Source: Alphaproteobacteria bacterium (GTDB lineage: Bacteria; Pseudomonadota; Alphaproteobacteria; Rs-D84; SZUA-605). Taken from it: DNA of 64,000 nucleotides. The notes beneath the pieces are model-generated. The model did no database searches, was not told where the DNA came from, and saw only the letters and a program-made list of their open reading frames with translations. This document shows, piece after piece, positions 1 through 9,128 of this stretch. The first letter of the stretch is position 1; each line of letters opens with the position of its first letter. The position numbers were made by a program, and so were the translations under genes. Location: assembly GCA_031549385.1 (NCBI GenBank), contig JAVBPW010000002.1:17841-81840 (forward strand). Reading direction: 5' to 3'.

Positions 1-56
1 TTTACTTGCTTCTATTAGTTTTGAGTAGCTTTGAGTCAACTTTTTTGTTTTAAGTC

Positions 57-84
57 TTGACAAAGTCAGTTTTGCCATTATATT
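57..84 (+). promoter_or_regulatory. candidate sigma70-type promoter
   Basis: TTGACA at 57-62, 16-nt spacer, TATATT at 79-84. The same TTGACAAA...TATATT layout recurs at 225-252 and 22909-22936. Confidence 0.35.
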
Positions 85-91
85 GATAAAT

Positions 92-215
92 GATTAATAA
101 TACAATATACCTGTTTCGCTGCGAAAGCGGCATTGAGACAGCCCCTACAAAAAAATCTTTTTTTGTAACTTTCCTATGGGTGGCCTCTTTTGGCTGCCCT
201 TTTTTATTTATTTTT
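92..215 (+). ncRNA. candidate small RNA, family unknown
   Basis: ORF-free. Bounded by the promoter-like site and an intrinsic terminator (GGGTGGCC-loop-GGCTGCCC at 178-199, then a T-run from 200). Extended hairpin 111-141 is capped by a GAAA tetraloop (123-126). Confidence 0.3.
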
Positions 216-224
216 GGTGAATAT

Positions 225-252
225 TTGACAAATTATAAAAATATGCTATATT
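225..252 (+). promoter_or_regulatory. candidate sigma70-type promoter
   Basis: TTGACA at 225-230, 16-nt spacer, TATATT at 247-252. It points toward an ORF-free stretch and is antisense to def. Confidence 0.3.
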
Positions 253-454
253 TAATATTATAGATGATACGAATCGATTCTATAAGTCTATTTCGAGCCT
301 GTCTTGAAATTAAATTCATCAAAAATTACTAGTTTACTTGCAAGACGGGCCCGCATGCTAAGTCTATATTTAGTTTCATATATAGGGTAAGTGAGAATTC
401 CACAGTTGATACCTTGATAAAACTCAACGTTTTGTAGACCAAATTAGAATATTT

Positions 455-970
455 CTATTCTTCTTCCCATTTTCTTAATATTTTTGCGAATTTTTTTACT
501 GCTAAATCTTTTTTGAGTTTTGATAGGTGGTCAATGAATACAACTCCATTTAAATGGTCGATTTCATGTTGTATACATCTTCCCATTAAACCGTCATATT
601 TGTTTTTGTGTTTTTTCCCTGTTTCATCTTGGAATTCAACTTCTACTTCGCATGGGCGTTCTATATCTACTCCAAGGCCTGGGAACGATAGGCAACCTTC
701 TTCTCTTTTTATTGTGTCAGAACTTGCTTTTACTATTTTAGGGTTAATAAAAATTTGTGGTTTTGGATCTTTGCCTGAATCTGGATGAATTGGATCAATT
801 ACTATTATCCTTTTATTTAATCCTACTTGAGGAGCAGCTAGACCTACACCAGTTGCTTCATACATTAATGATAACATGTCGTTGCATGTTTTTTTTAATG
901 CATCGTCAAAGACTTCTACATCTTTTGAAGCTTTTAATAGGCCTTCATATGGATAAAGGTAGATTTTCAT
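455..970 (-). CDS. def: peptide deformylase
   Basis: 171 aa with the three deformylase motifs GVGLAAPQ, EGCLSFPG and QHEIDHLNG. Confidence 0.95.
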   Translation of the reverse strand: MKIYLYPYEGLLKASKDVEVFDDALKKTCNDMLSLMYEATGVGLAAPQVGLNKRIIVIDPIHPDSGKDPKPQIFINPKIVKASSDTIKREEGCLSFPGLGVDIERPCEVEVEFQDETGKKHKNKYDGLMGRCIQHEIDHLNGVVFIDHLSKLKKDLAVKKFAKILRKWEEE

Positions 971-1031
971 TTTTTCCTTTCATTTGTTATATTTTTCGTT
1001 ATATTTTCTAATATAGTAGAGGATATTGAAA

Positions 1032-2024
1032 ATGACAACTATAAACTTATTCATTTTGCTAGTCTTTGCAGTTATGGCTGTTATTATTTTGGTTTTGTTA
1101 ATTCGAAAACCACAAAGGGAAGATTCTTCTGTTTTATTGCAACAATTGTTCTTATCCCAAAATGACCTTAAAGATAAGGTTGGGGCTCAATTTAATTTAA
1201 TAGAACAACGTTTAGGAGAAGGGCTTTATCAAAGCTCTGTTAAGACTTCTGAAATAATGAATAAGCTTCATGAAAGATTGGCTCTTATAGATGAAGCTCA
1301 AAAGAATATTAAACAACTTGGTGGGGAAGTGGCTAATTTTACTTCTTTGCTTTCTAATAAGCAATCTCGTGGTGCTTATGGTGAAATGCAAATGGAAGAT
1401 TTAGTTAAGGAAATGTTGCCGCCTAATATTTATGAATTTCAATATGTACTTAAAAATGGAAAAAGATGTGATTGCTTGATTAAGATGCCTCAACCAACTG
1501 GTAACATAGTTATTGATGCTAAGTTTCCATTGGAGGCATATCAAGCTTTGATAAGGGCAAATACTGAAGTAGATAAACTTAATGCTGAAAGATTTTTTAG
1601 AGATAGTGTTACTAAACATATAAAAGATATTGCAGAAAAATATGTTGGTGGAGAAGATACTGGAGATAGCGCTGTTATGTTTTTACCTTCTGAATCTGTT
1701 TATGCTGAACTTTTTGGTAACTTTGAAAATTTAGTTAATGTTTCTTTTAAAAATAGAGTTTGGATTACTTCGCCAACTACATTGATGGCTACTCTTACTA
1801 CTATGCGTGCTGTTTTGAAAGATGCTAAGATTAAAGAACAAACTAAAATTATTCAAAAAGAATTGATGGCGCTTAATGATGATATGTCTAGATTGCAAAC
1901 TCGAGTTACTAATTTAGATTCTCATTTTAAATTAGCTCAAAAAGATGTGGAAGAAATTGGAGTGTCTGCTAATAAAATTGTGAATAGATCAAAAAAAATA
2001 CAAGAAATTGAAACATCAGAATAA
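1032..2024 (+). CDS. rmuC: DNA recombination protein RmuC
   Basis: N-terminal TM helix and coiled coil, then an RmuC-type region (SRGAYGEMQMEDL, VIDAKFPLEAY, MFLPSESVY, SPTTLMATL). ATG 1032 follows GAGGA; the track ORF opens at TTG 1026. Confidence 0.85.
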   Translation: MTTINLFILLVFAVMAVIILVLLIRKPQREDSSVLLQQLFLSQNDLKDKVGAQFNLIEQRLGEGLYQSSVKTSEIMNKLHERLALIDEAQKNIKQLGGEVANFTSLLSNKQSRGAYGEMQMEDLVKEMLPPNIYEFQYVLKNGKRCDCLIKMPQPTGNIVIDAKFPLEAYQALIRANTEVDKLNAERFFRDSVTKHIKDIAEKYVGGEDTGDSAVMFLPSESVYAELFGNFENLVNVSFKNRVWITSPTTLMATLTTMRAVLKDAKIKEQTKIIQKELMALNDDMSRLQTRVTNLDSHFKLAQKDVEEIGVSANKIVNRSKKIQEIETSE

Positions 2025-2080
2025 TTATTGATAAACGAATCTAAACTGTTTATTATTAATTTAAAATATTGGAGAGAATA

Positions 2081-2857
2081 ATGTTTAAATTTATTAATGA
2101 AATTGGAAGATTGGCGCTGGGTGCTTTTGCTACTGTTGGAGAATTTATACAATTCCTTTTGAAATCTATTTGGGCTTGTATTACTCCACCTTATTACTTT
2201 TCTTTGATTGTTAAGCAATGTTTTCGAGTAGGGTATTATTCTTTGCCTGTTATTGGACTTACTGCTTTGTTTGCAGGAATGGTGCTTGCACTTCAGAGTT
2301 ATTCTGGGTTCTCTGCGTTTTCTGCTGATGAAGCTGTGGCTACTGTTGTTGCTATTGCTATGGTTAGAGAAATGGGACCTGTGTTTGCTGGACTTATGGT
2401 TGCTGGGCGAGTTGGTTCTGCTATGGCTGCTGAAATTGGAACTATGAGAGTTTCAGAACAAATCGATGCGCTTAGAACGTTGTCTGTGAATCCTTTTTCT
2501 TATCTTATTGCACCTCGTATGATTGCTACAGTTTTAATGTTGCCGCTTCTTGTTTTGATTGCTGATATTATTGGAATATTTGGAGGATTTATTGTAGGTG
2601 TTGATCAACTTGGTTTTAATCCTTCTTTTTATATTCAGAAAACTTATGAAGCTATTGATTACATAGATGTTATGTCTGGTGTTGTTAAAGCACTTGCTTT
2701 TGGTTTAATTATTTCTGCACTTGGTTGTTATAATGGATATAATTCAAAAGGTGGAGCTGAAGGTGTGGGGGTTGCTACTACTTCTGCTGTGGTTTCATCT
2801 TCTGTACTTGTGTTATTACTTAATTACTTTATTACAGGATTATTCTTTACTAAATAG
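2081..2857 (+). CDS. mlaE: phospholipid/Mla-type ABC transporter permease
   Basis: Multi-TM permease with MlaE/Ttg2B-like sequence, directly followed by its ATPase. ATG 2081 follows GGAGA; the track ORF starts at 2069. Confidence 0.8.
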   Translation: MFKFINEIGRLALGAFATVGEFIQFLLKSIWACITPPYYFSLIVKQCFRVGYYSLPVIGLTALFAGMVLALQSYSGFSAFSADEAVATVVAIAMVREMGPVFAGLMVAGRVGSAMAAEIGTMRVSEQIDALRTLSVNPFSYLIAPRMIATVLMLPLLVLIADIIGIFGGFIVGVDQLGFNPSFYIQKTYEAIDYIDVMSGVVKALAFGLIISALGCYNGYNSKGGAEGVGVATTSAVVSSSVLVLLLNYFITGLFFTK

Positions 2858-2866
2858 GAAAATGAT

Positions 2867-3637
2867 ATGAACGTTCAGAAAAATAAAATAGAAATTAAAA
2901 ATGTTTATAAATCTTTTGGATCTAAACATGTTTTAAAAGATTTTAACCTTGATATAAAAAAAGGCGAATCAGTTGTTATTATTGGACCTTCTGGTATTGG
3001 TAAATCTGTTTTATTAAAATGTATATTAGGCCTTTTGGAATGTGATAGTGGAATTATTAAACTTGATGGTCAAAAAATTAATGGGGTTAAAGAAAAAGAA
3101 CGTGATCAAATAAATAAAAAAATTGGAATGCTTTTCCAAAATGCTGCTTTGTTTGATAGTTTGAATATTTGGGAAAATGTTTCTTTCAGAGATATTATGG
3201 AAAAGAAGCAAAACAGATGGGAAGCTAAAAAATCTGCTTTGAAATATTTGGAATCTGTTAATCTTTCTAAAAGTGTTGCTGATATGTATCCAGTTGACCT
3301 TAGTGGTGGTATGAAAAAACGTGTGGCACTTGCACGTGCAGTTGCTCAATATCCTGAAGTGATTTTATTTGATGAACCTACTACTGGACTTGATCCTATT
3401 ACTTCTGATGTTATTAATGATCTTATTATAAAACTTTCAAAACAAATTGGGGCGACTACTATTACTATTACTCATGATATTAAATCTGCTCTTAAAATTG
3501 CTGATACAATTGCTTTTCTTTATGATGGGCACATTATGTGGAAGGGAAGTGTGGAAGAGTTTAAGACAACTAATAATCCGTACATAAAACAAATGAAGAC
3601 TGGGTCTTCAATAGGCCCAATCAAACCCCTAGTTTAA
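2867..3637 (+). CDS. mlaF: Mla-type ABC transporter ATP-binding protein
   Basis: Walker A GPSGIGKS, signature LSGGMKKR, Walker B ILFDEPTTGLD. Adjacent to the mlaE-like permease. Confidence 0.85.
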   Translation: MNVQKNKIEIKNVYKSFGSKHVLKDFNLDIKKGESVVIIGPSGIGKSVLLKCILGLLECDSGIIKLDGQKINGVKEKERDQINKKIGMLFQNAALFDSLNIWENVSFRDIMEKKQNRWEAKKSALKYLESVNLSKSVADMYPVDLSGGMKKRVALARAVAQYPEVILFDEPTTGLDPITSDVINDLIIKLSKQIGATTITITHDIKSALKIADTIAFLYDGHIMWKGSVEEFKTTNNPYIKQMKTGSSIGPIKPLV

Positions 3638-3769
3638 AAAAACTTCTGAAAATTTGATGCAAATAACAAGAGTTGAAAAGTTGGTTCACAATCACGTATG
3701 TTTAATACGCTCATGCGAACACAATTTTCAACTTTCTTATTTTCTCTAAATTTTGATAAGTTTTTTTTT
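3636..3769 (+). repeat. palindromic intergenic element, copy 1
   Basis: About 134-nt imperfect hairpin. The left arm AAAAAAACTTCTGAAAATTTGATGCAAATAACAAGAGTTGAAAAGTTG is near-complementary to the right arm ending GATAAGTTTTTTTTT. Conserved core CACAATCACGTATGTTTAATACGCTCATGCGAA lies at about 3687-3719. Confidence 0.75.
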
Positions 3770-3790
3770 CAAAATAATAAAGTGAATTAT

Positions 3791-6520
3791 TTATAATTCT
3801 TTTTGGCGGGAGAGATACTTGTAATCACTATATGATTTTTCGTCTAACTTTTTTGTTGTGTATGAAGTTTCTTGTTGCTGGTACTTTTTAAGCATTGATT
3901 GAAGCTTTGGTAAAAGTTCTGCTTTTATTTCTTCATAATCTTTTTTTGTTATTGTGGTTTTGCTGTTGTCTATTCCATTTAACTTTATGTATGAAAGTGA
4001 ATTTACTTCTTCGTCTTTGATAAATCCGAATCCTTTGTTTTCTGCTATTAATGCAGCTAATACTAATTGTAATTTTATTCCTTTTTTTATGTCAGATTTT
4101 TCTGGAAGAGTTCCTGTTTTGTAATCTATTACATCATAGGTTTTGTTTGGATACATATTTATGCGGTCGCATTTTGTTCCTACTGTAAAGTCTGGAATGA
4201 TTTGCCATTCACCTTTGTCTTCTGGGTAGCCTTTGTGTTGTCCGAACTCTTTTTCTAATTCGATTGCATAATTTGCTATTGTTCCAAATCTTGATGATAG
4301 AAATGAAGCTGTTGCTAATGATATGTTTGATAATTTTAATTCTCTATCAAAAATTTGTATTAATTCATTTTTAGTTAAAGTTGGATTTAGTGTGAATTCT
4401 TCCATTCCTTTATGGACTATGTTCCCAAAAGTTGCGTGAATTTTTTCTTCATTAGAATCGTCTAGTTTCCTCAACTTTAAAATTGTTTTTGCATATATTC
4501 CATATGGATCTTCAAGAAGTTTTTCTATGTCAGTTGCATAAAGTTTTTTTGGTCTGCTTGATAATGGTGGGTTGTATGAAGATATTTCAACTTTATCAAA
4601 TTCGATTGGAAAATCTGATGATGTGATTTGTTCATAGTTTTCGAATTCTTTTAATTTCAATCCTGAGAAATTCAATATAGCTTCAAGTTTTTCTATAAAT
4701 CTTGATTGTATTTGTGGAGTGCCTAATACTTTTTGACTTCTTGTTAAAAGAACTTCTTTCTGACAAAATATTTGTTCAAAATCGTGGGCTTGAAGGCCTG
4801 TTTTTCTTTTTAATGATGGAAGCTTTAATATTTGTCTTAGTCTTTCATTTAAAAATGGATCTTCATCTTTTTCTTTTGGAAAATGACCTTCATTCAACAT
4901 TGTTAGTATGTATTTGTCTGCTTTGAAAAGTCTTGCTTCTATTGTTCCTAAGATTGTACAGAATTCTTCTTTGCGTGTTTGACGCACTGATTCTGTTGAA
5001 AAGAATTCATTTAAAATAGTTATATAGTTTGATGAATTTATTAAAGTTGTTTCTTTTAATAGTTTGTTTATAAAATCCTTTCCTGCAGAACTTAATTCAT
5101 CATTCCATATTTTTGGATATAGTGATTGAATTACGTCTAAATTTATTTGAAGAAGTTCATTAAAGGAGATTTGACTTGTCTTTAATGCTTCTTTCAATGG
5201 GATTAATTTATTTAAAAATGATTCTAGTTCTTTGACTATATCTTTATATTCATTTTCAAGCTTTTTATAGTGTTTTGTTATACTTGTTATGTTTTGTTTT
5301 CTTAAAACTATTTCAGCTTCTTTTGTATTTTTGAATATTGAAAAAGGTGTCTTTATACAATTTAAAAATGATGCTAGCGAATCAGTTGATATGAATTCAT
5401 AGAGCTTGTTAAAGATTTCTCCAACCAATGTTTTTCCAAAACTGATAGGAAAACTTGTATCGTATGGAATGTTTATTTTATTTAATACAGCTATAATTTG
5501 ATTCATTAGGTTCGTGTTGTCACATACTACACAAACTGATTTATTTTGCTTTATTGTTTTATGAATGTCATAGCATATGCATAGAGCTTCTTGTTCTATA
5601 TCATAGGCATTTAAATATGTTATATTTTCAATTGTTTTATTTGTGAATTTTGAATCTTGCCATGTATGTGTTTGGTCTATTGGTTTATGTAGCTCATGCA
5701 TCAATAATATTTTTTCATCATTTGTAATTTTATACTTTTCATAATTCAAGGATTCAAAATTTGAAAGATCTAATTCTTTTACTAATTGCAATATTGAATA
5801 TTGCGGATGAGTAGGGGATAATTCTTCTTTAAAGTTTAAATATTTTTCATCAAAGCTTGGAAGGAATAAATAAAAATTTTCTTTTGAACTTAGTTTTTTT
5901 ATTATTTTTTGAGTTGGTATTAATGAGGCTGTAGTGCCGGCTATTATTACTTTTCCTTTTGTGTATAAAGAAAGGTAATCACCAAATGATAGGTATGTTT
6001 GAATTTTATCTTTGGTATTATCTGTTAATTCTTTTTCTTTTAAAATAATTGGATAAAATTCAGTTATGATATTTAAGAATTCTATATTCTTTTTTGAGAA
6101 TTCTGAAAGATTTTCTTTTTTGATTTCTTCTAATTTATCCCAAGATATCATTTCTTTTGTTGAAGTGTCTAAAATGTCTGACAGTTCTTTTGCTAATGCA
6201 AAGCAGGATGAGAATTTTAATTCTGGGTTTGCTTTTTGAATTAAAGTGTTTAATAAAAATAATTTCTCAAATTCTGAAATGGTTTTGTTGTTTTCTTTTT
6301 CTATTAAATGAATGAAATTGTCTTGAGCCGAATCGAGAGGCAATATCGTAGGTAGCAATAAACTTGAACTTTTTGAATTTTGTATAAGAAGTTTTTTTAG
6401 TATTTTACATGATCGGCTTGTTGGAAGCAGAATAATATCATTTAAATCAAAATTATCTTGGATAAAGTCAGCTATGACTTCCAAAAATGAGCAATTTAAA
6501 GGAATATTGTATGTTTTCAT
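3791..6520 (-). CDS. addB: AddB-like double-strand break repair nuclease (alphaproteobacterial type)
   Basis: N-terminal ILLPTSRS and GTTASLIP motifs. C-terminal RecB-type PD-(D/E)XK nuclease (DRINMY...DVIDYKTG). Start probably ATG 6520, because the track start 6631 would overlap divergent xth. Confidence 0.65.
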   Translation of the reverse strand: MKTYNIPLNCSFLEVIADFIQDNFDLNDIILLPTSRSCKILKKLLIQNSKSSSLLLPTILPLDSAQDNFIHLIEKENNKTISEFEKLFLLNTLIQKANPELKFSSCFALAKELSDILDTSTKEMISWDKLEEIKKENLSEFSKKNIEFLNIITEFYPIILKEKELTDNTKDKIQTYLSFGDYLSLYTKGKVIIAGTTASLIPTQKIIKKLSSKENFYLFLPSFDEKYLNFKEELSPTHPQYSILQLVKELDLSNFESLNYEKYKITNDEKILLMHELHKPIDQTHTWQDSKFTNKTIENITYLNAYDIEQEALCICYDIHKTIKQNKSVCVVCDNTNLMNQIIAVLNKINIPYDTSFPISFGKTLVGEIFNKLYEFISTDSLASFLNCIKTPFSIFKNTKEAEIVLRKQNITSITKHYKKLENEYKDIVKELESFLNKLIPLKEALKTSQISFNELLQINLDVIQSLYPKIWNDELSSAGKDFINKLLKETTLINSSNYITILNEFFSTESVRQTRKEEFCTILGTIEARLFKADKYILTMLNEGHFPKEKDEDPFLNERLRQILKLPSLKRKTGLQAHDFEQIFCQKEVLLTRSQKVLGTPQIQSRFIEKLEAILNFSGLKLKEFENYEQITSSDFPIEFDKVEISSYNPPLSSRPKKLYATDIEKLLEDPYGIYAKTILKLRKLDDSNEEKIHATFGNIVHKGMEEFTLNPTLTKNELIQIFDRELKLSNISLATASFLSSRFGTIANYAIELEKEFGQHKGYPEDKGEWQIIPDFTVGTKCDRINMYPNKTYDVIDYKTGTLPEKSDIKKGIKLQLVLAALIAENKGFGFIKDEEVNSLSYIKLNGIDNSKTTITKKDYEEIKAELLPKLQSMLKKYQQQETSYTTKKLDEKSYSDYKYLSRQKEL

Positions 6521-6589
6521 AGGTGTAATTTTACTTCCTTTTTGTAATAATACAATTATAATCTGAAGTAGAAGAAAAAGGGGAAATTT

Positions 6590-7360
6590 ATGAAAATTGC
6601 ATCTTTCAATGTTAATTCTATTAGAGCTCATTTAATTAATGTTTTGCAATGGGTGGAAGAAACTTCACCAGATATTATTTTACTACAAGAATTAAAATGT
6701 GAAGAGTTCCAATTCCCATATTGGGACTTTGAAATGATGGGATATAATATTGCAGTTTTAGGACAAAAAAGTTGGAACGGAGTTGCGGTGCTTTCTAAAT
6801 TTAAAATAGAAGACCGAATCGATCATATACCAGGGGGAGATAATTCATCTTCAAGATATTTAGAAGTGTTTACTGGTGGTGTTAGAGTGGCTTCTATTTA
6901 TTTGCCTAATGGAAATCCTTTAGGAGGAGAAAAGTTCAAATATAAAATGGATTGGATGGATGCTCTTCATAAACATATGGAAGTTCTTTCAAAATATGAT
7001 GAGCCAATTTTATTGGGTGGGGATTTTAATGTTATTCCTAAAGATATGGATGTTTATGATCCAGCTTCATTTAAAAATGATGCAGTTATGCAACCAGAAG
7101 TTAGAAAAGCATTTTTCGAATTTGAAAAAACTGGATTTAAATCTGCTAAAGAAATTTTATATCCTGAAAAAGTTATGTATTCTTATTGGGATTATTTCAG
7201 AGGATTGCGCCAAAAAAATAGAGGCATTTTATTAGATTTCTTTTTACTCAATAAGCAGGCGCAAGATAAGTTGGTTGATTTTGGAGTAGATGAGGAGCCA
7301 AGGGATAGACCTCAGTCTTCTGACCACACACCAATCTGGATTGAGTTAAAATCTATCTAA
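6590..7360 (+). CDS. xth: exodeoxyribonuclease III / AP endonuclease
   Basis: 256 aa with ExoIII hallmarks: MKIASFNVNSIR, LLQELK, GGDFNV, SSDHTPIW. Confidence 0.9.
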   Translation: MKIASFNVNSIRAHLINVLQWVEETSPDIILLQELKCEEFQFPYWDFEMMGYNIAVLGQKSWNGVAVLSKFKIEDRIDHIPGGDNSSSRYLEVFTGGVRVASIYLPNGNPLGGEKFKYKMDWMDALHKHMEVLSKYDEPILLGGDFNVIPKDMDVYDPASFKNDAVMQPEVRKAFFEFEKTGFKSAKEILYPEKVMYSYWDYFRGLRQKNRGILLDFFLLNKQAQDKLVDFGVDEEPRDRPQSSDHTPIWIELKSI

Positions 7361-7460
7361 TCAGTTGCGATTCAAAAGGATTAAAAATTCGTTCACAATC
7401 ACGTAGCGTTAGTACGCTCATGCGAACTCACTTTTAATACTTTTGTTCTCACTTGATTAT
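7358..7460 (+). repeat. palindromic intergenic element, copy 2
   Basis: Core CACAATCACGTAGCGTTAGTACGCTCATGCGAA, flanked by complementary arms (TAATCAGTTGCGATTCAAAAGGATTAAAAATTCG versus ACTCACTTTTAATACTTTTGTTCTCACTTGATTA). Fills the gap between convergent xth and comEC. Confidence 0.7.
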
Positions 7461-7490
7461 CTAAATTTTAATGATATTTGTTGGAAGGAA

Positions 7491-9128
7491 TTATTTTATT
7501 TTTTCTAATGATTCATTTCTGTTAAAGAAATAAATTAATGCAGCTACACAACCAAATGATAATTGAAAGCCAACATTAAATAATGAATATGGGGAAATGA
7601 GCAATATTATAAATGCTGAAATGGCTAAATTGTTTAATGAAATTCCACGTCGGTTTAAAAGAATTGCTATTAATCCTATTGTTGTCATTATGAATGTTCG
7701 CTGAATTGGTACTGCACTTCCTGAAATAAAAAAATATGCTAAAGTTATAAAAAATGTTATTACCGCTGCTATTTTCTTTGTGTCTTTTAATTGAGAATTT
7801 GAAATTAATAATAGGCTATATCTGAAAATGAAAAAGCAAATAATAGTCAATAGTCCCATGTGGAAGCCAGATACTGATAGTAAGTGAGAAATACCAGCTT
7901 GCTTAAATGAATTGTCTGAGTCTTCTGGCATTGCATAACGTTCGCCTGTTATTAATGTCGTTGCAAATAAGCGCTCTTCTTTATTTTCACCTTTTAACAT
8001 TTTTTTTATTAACCCATAGCGAAACTTTTCTATTTTTTCTTTTGGATTTAATGGAGGAGTGTCTATTATTTCTATGCCACTGTCTATGTATCCAACTGCG
8101 TCTATGTTTTTATAGTATGCATAAGTTTTGAAATCAAAACCATGCTTGGTTGATTTATTTGATAATGGAAATAATGTTGCTCTGAAGCAAATATTTTGGC
8201 CTATATCTAAGTTTTCATGATTTTCATTTACTTTTAAACGAATCCTTTTTACGTATTGGATACCGTCTTTGTTTAAAGCTTTTAAATTGTTTAAAACTAA
8301 ACGTCTTGATTTATCCATTACTTGAATTTGTTCTATATGAGCTTCAAAGTCTTTTTTAAATACTGGGTATCTTAAAAATTCTCTTTTGTTTAATACTGTG
8401 TGAAGATACATTGTTGATATACCTAACGCAAAAGATAATATCAAATAACCAAAAAATGTAGCAGGGCGATATTTAAAGCTTGGTAGGTATGGAATTTTAT
8501 GATTGTGTTTATATTGTCTTGGAAAGAGTATTCTTTTTAATCCTTGTAAATTGTATTTATCTAATAATTTTATTGTATATTTTGTTAGTTTCTTTTTTAT
8601 GGATTTTAAACTTTCTATAAATTTTCTGAAATAAAAGAATGGTTGTGAAAGCATTTCCATTAAATATTTAAATGGAGTACTGTTTGTTAGCCATTTCAGT
8701 GGTAGAATAGAAAAGAAACCTCTTACCATTGACCATAAAATTCTGAATAATGTGCCTGACATGAAGTATCTTAAATATGAGAATACTTTTAAAACTATGG
8801 TAATTGAGAATATCAAAGCAAACAATTGTGAGAATAATGGTAATAATATTAACAAGAATAAGAATTTTAAAATTTTAAAGAAAACAAATTTAATTATTTT
8901 CATTGGTGTTAGTAAGTTATATCTTAATATTACTTTTCTTATTGTGTTTGAAAAAAGACTGCAAATAAATAAAAGTAAACAAAGAATTATTATAGCATAA
9001 ACAAAAAATGTTTTTAGTTTGAAGAAGATTGCTATACCTAATGCAAAAAAAATTATTAGCAAAAGGGGAAAGTTTTGTTTTTCCCCATTTGCAAAGTTTG
9101 ATAATTTTCTTGTTAGATGTTTAATCAT
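7491..9128 (-). CDS. comEC: ComEC/Rec2-family DNA internalization channel, short form
   Basis: 545 aa. Very hydrophobic N-terminus, OB-fold-like segment (IRLKVNENHENLDIGQNICFRATL), competence-domain motif GISHLLSVSGFHMGLL. No metallo-beta-lactamase domain. Confidence 0.75.
   Translation of the reverse strand: MIKHLTRKLSNFANGEKQNFPLLLIIFFALGIAIFFKLKTFFVYAIIILCLLLFICSLFSNTIRKVILRYNLLTPMKIIKFVFFKILKFLFLLILLPLFSQLFALIFSITIVLKVFSYLRYFMSGTLFRILWSMVRGFFSILPLKWLTNSTPFKYLMEMLSQPFFYFRKFIESLKSIKKKLTKYTIKLLDKYNLQGLKRILFPRQYKHNHKIPYLPSFKYRPATFFGYLILSFALGISTMYLHTVLNKREFLRYPVFKKDFEAHIEQIQVMDKSRRLVLNNLKALNKDGIQYVKRIRLKVNENHENLDIGQNICFRATLFPLSNKSTKHGFDFKTYAYYKNIDAVGYIDSGIEIIDTPPLNPKEKIEKFRYGLIKKMLKGENKEERLFATTLITGERYAMPEDSDNSFKQAGISHLLSVSGFHMGLLTIICFFIFRYSLLLISNSQLKDTKKIAAVITFFITLAYFFISGSAVPIQRTFIMTTIGLIAILLNRRGISLNNLAISAFIILLISPYSLFNVGFQLSFGCVAALIYFFNRNESLEKIK

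Noticed and set aside
513-1011. Plus-strand ORFs 513-788 and 757-1011 lying inside or over def. The same applies to similar antisense ORFs throughout: 1401-1619, 3026-3349, 9541-9903, 10259-10624, 12920-13297, 15680-16102, 29189-29428, 38072-38359, 55601-56050, 56357-56698 and others.
   Set aside because: They are shadow ORFs on the opposite strand or in an alternative frame of well-supported genes. They have low-complexity, Leu/Phe/Ser-rich translations, no RBS and no recognisable motifs.
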